A stretch of 30,010 nt of DNA from a virus (Duplodnaviria > Caudoviricetes), in the IMG/VR virus record IMGVR_UViG_3300032332_000429, positions 1 through 30,010 of that record. The stretch is one strand, 5' to 3'. Both the position numbers and the translations under genes were made by a program. Below the pieces are notes generated by a model, which saw nothing but the letters and a program-made list of their open reading frames with translations, was not told the DNA's origin and ran no database searches. Each line of letters opens with the position of its first letter. Position 1 is the stretch's first letter. This document shows positions 15,679 to 24,700 of the stretch, piece by piece.

Positions 15679-18600
15679 ATGGTGCCGTTGCGTTTTTTGA
15701 CGCAGGTTCTGCCGCCTCCCGGCAACGGGTATTACTGCGCTGCGGAACTATCGCGTAAGAAAGAGCATGTCTTTGGTGAGAACATCGAGGACCTGCAAGC
15801 CAAGATTGATGAATGGAACGAAAGGAAATATGACGTTTATTTTGCGCTAGCCACATTCAAGGAAAGCCGTAGCCGGGAAGCAGTCAATGCGCAGACCATC
15901 AAGTCTTTCTTCATTGACATGGATGGGTACGAAACCAAAAAGACGGCAGCGCTAGCGCTCAACGGGTTCCTTGAAACAACCGGCCTCTCCCAATTTGGGA
16001 TACCTTGGATTGTCAGTTCAGGCGGCGGCATCCACGCTTACTGGCCGTTCACCGAGACAGTTAATGTAGATATTTGGAAGCCTGCTGCTGAGAACTTTAA
16101 ACGCCTTTGCAAGCAGGAAGGTTTACGCATAGACTGGACGGTTCCCGCAGACGCTGCCCGAGTACTCCGTGTTCCGGGGACATGGAACCACAAGAAAAAA
16201 TACCCAGAGCCGCGCGAGTGCAAGATCTTGGCGGAAGGGGATACGTTTGTCTTTGAGGATTTCGTTGGTCAGATCCTGTCGAAGCTTGTCGCGCCCGCCC
16301 CTGCGGCCACGTCAGTGGCTCCGCTTAATCTGCCGGGTACACGCCCAACCAAGTCCGCCACACAACTAAAGCTTGTGGCCAACAGCGCAACTATATTCCG
16401 TCTAGTTGAAGAGAAGTCTGGCTGCGGGCAGATCAAGTACTACCGTGAGCATGCTACGCAGGACGGCATGGAGCCAATCTGGCGTGGGCTTTTATCATGG
16501 GCCAAGGTTTGTGCGGATAGCGAAGAGGCTGCGACCGACTTAACCGCGCTGCATCCGTACACTAGCGAGCGCATGTCCATAAAACTTGCGGAGATTAAGG
16601 GGCCTTATCCCTGCATCAAGATGGACAGCGAGAACCCCGGCGTGTGCACATCGTGTGTACATTGGGGGAAGATCACCAACCCGCTCAAGTTTGGGCGGGA
16701 AATACAGACGGACAACACCGAGAAAGAAATCACGTTCGGTCCGGTCGATGAAGATGCTGAAGAGACGCTCTTCGGGATAGACGCCGAAGACGATGATGAC
16801 GATGACTTGAACAGGCCGGCGCCAATCAAGGTCACTCGCCCTGAACCGCCGCGCGGGTTTAGTTATGGGATCAATGGTGGCGTGTACTGCCAGAAGGAAG
16901 AGAAGGACGAAGAAGGCAAGAAGATGACGGTGCAGAAACAGATCCTGCCGTACGATCTGTTTGTAGTGGACATCCTGAAGTACCAGAACGATCACCTAGT
17001 TCACATGGTAGCGGTTCGCCCAGACGGCCCAGTGCTAATTAACATGCCGCAGAAAGCGGCAGTAAGTAAAGATGAGACTGTTAAGTGGCTGGCGAACCAG
17101 AACATTATTTCTTCGTACGGACAGGGCAGCGACATCAACCTGTTCAACTACGTGCGGGCATGCGTCGAGCAGGCGTCACTCAATAAAAAAGTAATCACCG
17201 TCCCATTACGAGCGGGCTGGCAGGACAACGGATCGTTTGTCTACAACGGGCGCATCTTCAACAAGGACGGTTCCGTAGTGACGGTGCCTATGCCGAACTT
17301 GGAGAACATCACGCGGATCACGCAGTCCAAGGGCAACTTAGACGATTGGCGCAAGGTCTGGAACCTGTTCATTGAGCGCAAGATGCACACGCTCTTGGCT
17401 GTTGCGTTGGATTCGTTTGGCTGTCCGCTCATGCACTTCACCGAGTACGAAGGGTTCGTATGGCACATCGGGGCCAACAAGTCGGGTACAGGTAAGTCGC
17501 TAACGCTGAGCGCCAAGGCTGGAGTCTGGGGTCACCCGGTACATTACCGCACAGGCAAAGGTACATCACCCGTAGCTATGCAGAACCGGGCCGGGTTGTT
17601 GGGCAGCATGCCGCTGCTAGTCGATGAGATTACAGGCCAGCACCGCAAGGACATGGAGTGGGCGCCGCTTTTTATCTTTGATATGTCCGAGGGCAAGGGC
17701 AAAGAGCGCATGGAGGCCGGTGCCAACAAGGAACGTGTTAACGATACGACTTGGGAATTAACATGTACGTTAACTTCGAATGAAAATTTAACCGATTACA
17801 TGGCCGGCGCTCGGAAGTTTAGCTCGAATGGTGAGCTACTGCGCATGCTGGAGTGGACGCCCAACAACAAGCTTCACTGGAACGCTGAAGAGCGCGAGAT
17901 CCTGAAGCTACTCAAGCGCAACTACGGCGTGGCCGGTGAGGAGTGGGTGCGCTGGATGGTGCAGAACCGCAAAACCATCAAAGACATCATGCCAAAAGTG
18001 CATGCGCAGTTGGAAAAAGAATTCAACTTCACTGACGATGAGCGGTACTGGCACGCAGGTTGTACTGAGATTGTGGCCGCAGGCATTATGCTCGGCAAGA
18101 ACTATGCCAACATCCTTGAAGTGCCGATTAAGGCAGTGATTGAGGCGCTCAAAGAATTAGTGTTCAAGGCACGCGCAAGCATATCAACCAATGTGCGCAG
18201 CGCAGACGATGTGTTGAACTCTTTTACTCGCGACAACTACGGCGGCTTTATCGTATTAAAGAAAGCCGAGGGTCGGCTACTTGCTGCATGGGGCGACGGC
18301 GACACAGTAGAGAAGTCAATCACTCGGTCCAAGGTGCTGGGTCGCGTGGAGCACGGGCTGATCCGTCCGGGTTTTATTGATTACTTCATCGAGGAGAACT
18401 TACTGCGGCAGCACTGCGTGAGCATGAGCTTTGCATACCACGATTTCAAAACAGAGTTAGCGCAGACTCACTCGATTACATACGTCAAGAAAGACATGCT
18501 GGCCAAGACGGGCGGGCCGTCCATGCGGGTGAACGCACTACACATACGCCGCAAGAAAGCAGATGCAGAAGAAGATCCGATACCCTTGGAAGAAGACTAG
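15679..18600 (+). CDS. Primase-helicase (RepB/AEP-type primase with DUF927-like NTPase)
   Basis: FFIDMD, SSGGGIHAYW, DAARVLRVPGTWNHK; C-x9-CxxC zinc site; SGTGKS Walker A, LLVDE Walker B. Confidence 0.9.
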   Translation: MVPLRFLTQVLPPPGNGYYCAAELSRKKEHVFGENIEDLQAKIDEWNERKYDVYFALATFKESRSREAVNAQTIKSFFIDMDGYETKKTAALALNGFLETTGLSQFGIPWIVSSGGGIHAYWPFTETVNVDIWKPAAENFKRLCKQEGLRIDWTVPADAARVLRVPGTWNHKKKYPEPRECKILAEGDTFVFEDFVGQILSKLVAPAPAATSVAPLNLPGTRPTKSATQLKLVANSATIFRLVEEKSGCGQIKYYREHATQDGMEPIWRGLLSWAKVCADSEEAATDLTALHPYTSERMSIKLAEIKGPYPCIKMDSENPGVCTSCVHWGKITNPLKFGREIQTDNTEKEITFGPVDEDAEETLFGIDAEDDDDDDLNRPAPIKVTRPEPPRGFSYGINGGVYCQKEEKDEEGKKMTVQKQILPYDLFVVDILKYQNDHLVHMVAVRPDGPVLINMPQKAAVSKDETVKWLANQNIISSYGQGSDINLFNYVRACVEQASLNKKVITVPLRAGWQDNGSFVYNGRIFNKDGSVVTVPMPNLENITRITQSKGNLDDWRKVWNLFIERKMHTLLAVALDSFGCPLMHFTEYEGFVWHIGANKSGTGKSLTLSAKAGVWGHPVHYRTGKGTSPVAMQNRAGLLGSMPLLVDEITGQHRKDMEWAPLFIFDMSEGKGKERMEAGANKERVNDTTWELTCTLTSNENLTDYMAGARKFSSNGELLRMLEWTPNNKLHWNAEEREILKLLKRNYGVAGEEWVRWMVQNRKTIKDIMPKVHAQLEKEFNFTDDERYWHAGCTEIVAAGIMLGKNYANILEVPIKAVIEALKELVFKARASISTNVRSADDVLNSFTRDNYGGFIVLKKAEGRLLAAWGDGDTVEKSITRSKVLGRVEHGLIRPGFIDYFIEENLLRQHCVSMSFAYHDFKTELAQTHSITYVKKDMLAKTGGPSMRVNALHIRRKKADAEEDPIPLEED

Positions 18601-18751
18601 CGTTGGGAGTGGGTTTTTTGTACCCACGCTCAACCCAGAAAAAACAATAGAGGAGGGGCTACGGGCTGCGGTGCGCTACCGCATTCGGCCCATAGCTACC
18701 TACGGGATCAAAGACGGCCTTATCGGAGTGTGGTTCTTTCGGCGTTTTTAA
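18563..18751 (+). CDS. Small basic hypothetical protein
   Basis: 62 aa; YPW...G.GFFVP...GVWFFR pattern; last gene of the + strand block. Confidence 0.6.
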   Translation: MQKKIRYPWKKTSVGSGFFVPTLNPEKTIEEGLRAAVRYRIRPIATYGIKDGLIGVWFFRRF

Positions 18752-21700
18752 GGAAGTTACGCGACAGCGCAAGCTGCGAGATGTACAGATTCTCTAGCGC
18801 CGCATCCTTTTGTTCCGTGGTCATCTGTGGTGAGGACTTGATTATGCGCGCCTGCTTGGCCATCTCACCCAGAGTCTTCTTCATGTAGCCGGCCATGCTC
18901 GATGCGGCCAAGACCGAAGCATTTTCGTTGGCAAATCTAGCGGCTTCCTCGGGTTTGCCGTCCTGAATAAGTTTGTTGTACGCGCCCTTGTACTGTTGGA
19001 TCTCTTCAATGAGATTGTACGTAGCATCGAGCGCGCCGCGTCCCTCGGTCGTTTGGAAGAGCGACCCAATGAGTGGGACTTCTGAAAGCTTAGTAGTGGG
19101 CTGCGCTACATTCTCCGCTTCGGGCGCACGCAAGAACACGTTAGCCATCTGGGTGATCGCCATACCCACACCACCAGTGTATCCCCGGATCAAGTAATCA
19201 ATCTGGATTGGCGACAGTCCGCCTACACCACCAAGCATTTTTGCAAGCTCTGTACTGTTGGTGCGGTAGCGATACTGCGGCAGGATTTCTTTTTCGCGTG
19301 ACGACTCGATGTCCCCAGAAAAAAGCGAAGAACCGAGGCGCACTTCAAGCGCGGGTTTGAGAGCTTGAGGGATATCAAGCGGTACCGACTGCCCCAAAGC
19401 TTTCCAGAGAGCGCTTAATGCGGGCTTGGCTTTCTCATCACCAAACGCCGTGTTAACCATAGCTTCAGGCAGCGCTTTGAACAGGAACCCAATTTCGTAA
19501 GGGATCGGGATCTTCAACCAGTTCTCTTTGGTCAGGCCCAGCGTTGGCACCCACCAGTAACCGTAGCGCTCCTCTGGCTTAGCGCGTTTGTAGTCCTCAT
19601 CATCTTGCATGATCGCGGCGTATGCAAAAGACGACATGGCCAACAGCGTTGCTCGTGCTGCGAACCGTTGAGCAACCTCAAGTTTGTCGGCACCCGGCAA
19701 CTGCCCGCGCATCGAGCGATACAGAACGTCCAGACCTTGAACCTGCGAGTGCATAAACGGCGTCAGACTTGCCAGCAAATACATACTGGGCGACGTGCCC
19801 CGGCGGCTAAAGTTCATCGACTCAAGCGTACGCATCAGCGCCTGCTGGTGGGACATCCCCTTCTTGATTGAGTCTTCGTAGATCACCTGCCGGGTAGCCG
19901 CATCGGACTGCTGGGCAACGGTGTCGAGCTTAGAGAACGCCCGTTGCAGACTCCACTTGCCGGCGGTGAGATCTTCCAAGAACTTGGTCATGTCGCGGGA
20001 GTCGCCCACCAAGATGTTGCTGCTGGTTGCACCTGCACGCTGAAGCCGCTGTGCTGTGGTGTCTTTGCCGGTGGCCATTTTAGCCAGCGTGGAAAACGAA
20101 TCGAGGATCGGGATCGTGCTGGTGCCGCTCTGTACCCACGCCGAGACAGGATCGCGAACAAGCTGGCGAAATATGTAGAGCGGATTGCGAACCGTAAACT
20201 TGCGGAAGATATCTCCCGGCACACCCAGCATGCGCACAATCGTGGGCATCGCAACCTTGATACCTTCAAGACCCTCGACAATCATCTGCGCGGGGATACC
20301 GTACATATCGGTATCAATGATGGCGTGATGCTCCACACCATTCACCCGGAAGTGAACCACATTGTCCGTATACGGACCCTTGGACGCTACGATCCGACTG
20401 GCAATCCCCAGATCTTTGAGCACAAACGCTGTGTCTTTAACGGTCTGATTGCGCATCGCCATGTTGATCAGCATACTGGTGTTTTGTACAGCACTCGTAA
20501 ACACCGGCAGAATTTGTTCGCTGTCGCCAAGCAATTCTTTCAAGCGGGGTTCGCTCTTGATGTTGCCGATACGGATCGAGCGGCGCTCGTCACCCGTCTC
20601 CATGCGGATGTTGCCTTCCTTGTCTACGCGATAGAACGGTACGTAGGTGATGCTCTTGAGTTCCGCCGCTTTCTGTTTGGACATAGCGCCGGTCTGAACC
20701 AAGAAGTCCAGCAGTCCAGCGTTGTAGTTTTGATAGATCTTCTCGGCTGCTTCAAATGCAGCCTTGTCAGCAGGGTTCTGCTTCAGGTGCGCAAGAACTT
20801 CCTTGTATTCGTTCTCGGCTTCGACTGGATTATCAAAGCGTAGTTTGTTCCAACCAACTTGTTCGGCACGCTTGCCGGCTAGGTAAACAGTGAATGCGTT
20901 CTCGCGGTCTTCTTCCTTGTAGCCCTTGGCTTTTTCTAGCGCCTGCGCCATGCCAACTAGCGTTGGTCCACCCGCATCATTTTCGTAGAAGTACTCCGTG
21001 CCGGCATTGGTCTTTTCACTGCGAAGACGCGGAGGCCCACTGGTAACTGTCTGCCCAACAATGTCGCTGCGCTGCTGACCAAAGCGTAGGAAGTACATCA
21101 GGTTCTGTGCGCGCAAGGCATCAATAACTTTAGAGTCCAGTCCTTTTTTAATGACATCTTCCAACGCCGCATACTGATCAAAGATCCGCTGACGCAGCTT
21201 CAGCGCCTTCGTATTGGTCTTGTCTTTCAACCCAGCCATCGTAGCGTCCCGGCTACTCGCGCCGGTCAGCCCCGTGTAGAGCGACATCAAATCATCGGCA
21301 GTGCTGGTGCGCTGGGCAACGACAGACTTGGTAGGTTTGCGTGAGCGGTAGAGGACATCGCCTTCCTTGGCTGTTGGCTTACCCGAAGGTGCAATCTTCG
21401 CCAGTGCCTTCACCGTCTCGCTTGGCTTTGTAGTCACACCGCTCACATACTTGTGCGAGTCGCGGATCAGGCGAATGATCTCGGAGTCACCGATAGGTGC
21501 GTCCTTCCAGATGCCCCACTGCCGCAGCTTGGTGCGGATTAGGTTTACCAAGCGGTTCATCCAGTTCAGCGACACATCCTTCTCGGCACGCTCGGCAATG
21601 CTTTCCTCGGTCGCTACTTCCAGCGACATGTCTGGGTTGTCCTGCATCCGGGCGTTGGCCTCGGCTTGGATCTGTTTGCTGTTCTGGTAGATCGAGCGCA

Positions 21701-24700
21701 TCACTGCCGGGTACGAATTGCCTAGCACCCCACGCAGACCAAAGTGACCAACCATTTCGTGGGAGATCGTCTTGCCTACGTCCGCGCCATCAATCAAGTT
21801 GTCGCCCACCAAGTAGATCGTCTCGGTTGGCGGGTGATACATACCCGGCGCGCTCTGCGTACCGTCGCGCTCCATCTGCGCTTGGATCTTCTCGGGCAAT
21901 TCAGAGATGGACTGCACCACCGTGATCTTGGGCGCCACCGGCAGTTGCCGGAACGGCTTGATCAGATCTTCAATTTCTGCGGTTGGCATCCCGGCGGCTT
22001 GCTCGCCTTGGGAGCGGAACAAAGAACCTTGACCAGTGAATGTTTTTTCTGGGCCTCGTTTTTGTGACCCTGAATCCATGGCCGCATCGACGGCATTTGG
22101 CGCTATGGCGCCATTATTTTTTGCAGTTTTAGCGATGCCGTCGAGGAACTTCTGCATAGACTGTGCAGGCAGATACTTCTGCTGCATCGCGTTTGCATAG
22201 AACCGACGCATCGCTGCGCCCAGCTTGGCAAAGAACTTCTCAACAACCGTAAGCGGCTTGTCCGTGGTGGTGGACCAGCGCGAAACTTGATCTGCGTACC
22301 ACTCACCAAATTTGCTCCAATAAAAAGTGAGTTCTTTTGATTGCAGACCTTCGGTAACAGTTGTGGTCTTGCCCGTAGTTTTAGCGCGCAAACCCGCTAT
22401 GTGTTCGCGCGCGGTCTTGCCTTTGTTTGATGCCAACCACTTGTCATAGTCAGCTTTGATTGCCGCTTGAGTTTCTGCGGGGGCTTTTTTGAAAACATCC
22501 TTTTCATGTACGTGCCCAAGTTCGTGGGCAATAAGCTCCAGCTCAAGAGACTTGCTAGTGGACGGCGCATACGTAATGTAGTAGCTGTCATCAGCAGCCA
22601 TGTATCGTGCAGACCCACGTTCATTCGGGTCAAGTCCTGTCGAACCAACAGCGCGATGCGGCCCGGTAAACTTGTCCCTATCCGCTTTGGCGTCTTCAAC
22701 TGTGCTGACATACACACGCGCGTCAATACCAAGAAGCTTTTTCCACCCCTCAATAATCCCTCGGTATTCTGCGGGGACACTACTAGAGAACGCCAGCCCG
22801 TTTGCGTCATGCTTTATGAACGGGTTTTTTGCATGCTTCTTTGCATCCGCAGCTTCCAAGTCTTTTTTAACTTGGCGCATTTTTTTGAGGATTTCTGCCG
22901 GTATTTGGTTTCCGGTAAAATTATCCACATCAACTTTAGCCCGCAGAGTGCCTATGGTGGCCACATAAAGTGGTTGCCCAGTCTGGTCGCCGTACCCACG
23001 GACAAGCCCAAATTTGCCTTCCTGCCACACCAGTTTGCCGGACACATCTTTGGCGATATTTTCTGCATCCCTGCGTTGGGCGTCGGTGGTCCCGACTGAG
23101 AACATCGCGTCTTGATCGTCTGACTCGTCTTGCGCATCCTGCGCCAAGGTGCCTTCGGCAGGCGGGGCGTTTTTGTTTTTGTTTTTGTTTCGCTTAGCGC
23201 TTCTTTCTCGCGCCGCAGCGGCCTTCAATAGGTCGACAAGTCGTACAAGCCTGTCTTTCAAAATAGTCAGTGGAGCTTCTTCTGTACCAATCAGCGCTAT
23301 CTCTTCATCGGCTCTATCTTTGTTGATTATCTTCGCCGCTTCAAGCTCTTTGATAAGCGCCTGTATTTTTGGCGTATTGTCTTCGCCGACAATAGTCTCG
23401 GCTTGTAGCGCGTCGATCTGCTTGATTGCGTTTTCTAGATCTTCCGCATCAACTCCAAGCCGTGCAGGCGTAACCTCCATATTAACTTGCGGTTGTTCAA
23501 CAGCCTCGGCAGGCTTCATTGCTGCACGGATCTCGCCAACCAAATCGGAGTTGGTGGTCCAGTTATCCCATGCTGACTTGAGTTGTCGCAGATCCGCAAT
23601 ACGGCGCTTGACCGCTTCCGGGTCTTTGATGTCGATACCTTCGGCGGCGGCAAGCTTGGGGTTTTTGCTAGCACCCGTGATAGCACTTAGCCGTTGACCA
23701 ACCTCACGCTGCTTTTGCGTGGCGATCTTGGCCATCTCTTGGGCTTCAAGCATGGCGCTCTCATCAAACCCAAACATGTCAGCCATGCCGCCTTCAGCGG
23801 GCTTGGGCGCAATCACTTGAACCGCGCGCATCAGGTTGAGCGCTTCGGCAGCAGACTTGTTCTGTGCGGCTTTAATTGCAACCGCTTGGATTCTTGAATC
23901 TTTTGGCGCTTCGGTTGCTATGGACGCCGCAAGACTGTCACTAACTTGCTTAGCGCGGTGGGCAGCGATCAGTTCTGGGCTACCATTTGTGGCGATCTCA
24001 ATAGCTTCTTCACCTTTGCCGCGCGTCAACCCGCGAGCATCGGCCTCTTCTTTTGAAAGCTGCGCGCCTTGAAAGTAGTTGACGTAGTCAGACACGGTCC
24101 CCTGATCGTCGCGGATATTGATCTCCGCATCCATCGTTGCTGCTTGCTTTTTATCGAACCCGGCAGATTCATCAAAAATCTGTGCAGCAATTGTCTGCCT
24201 GCCCGAGCGCTTAGCCAGATCCCAACGGTGTCGTCCAGAAATAATTTCTAAGCTGCCATCGAGGCGACGCCACACTTGGATCGGTGCGACCGCATATTTT
24301 GCAAATTCACCTTTAAGGGGCTTGACAACCCCTTTTTCGTTTGCGCCCTCTTTGAACTGCGGCACATCCTTGGACAGCTTGAGTTCATTGACTGGCAACC
24401 AAACCGGAGGTACGTCTTCAATCGCGTGTTGGACTGGGCCGGCGGGTGGGATTTCAGTAGTTTTGGTTTCTACTTTAGGCGCTTCAGCAGCAGGCGCAGT
24501 AGTTGTTTCCTTGATGACTTCGCGCTTATTGCCTTTTAGTGGCGTCACTACGCCGGCTTTTTCCAAGTCCATCAGCAGTTGCGCTGCGACTTGGCGTTTG
24601 ACGTTAAGCCCCTGTTCAAGATGTGTGATGTTGGCTTTGCCGGTGTCGCGCACAAACTTCGTGGCGCGGTCCAGATCCACATCCCCAAACATCTCCATCG

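Noticed and set aside
19944-20843. 299-aa + strand ORF and other + strand ORFs between 18973 and 28741
   Set aside because: Antisense shadows of the long virion genes
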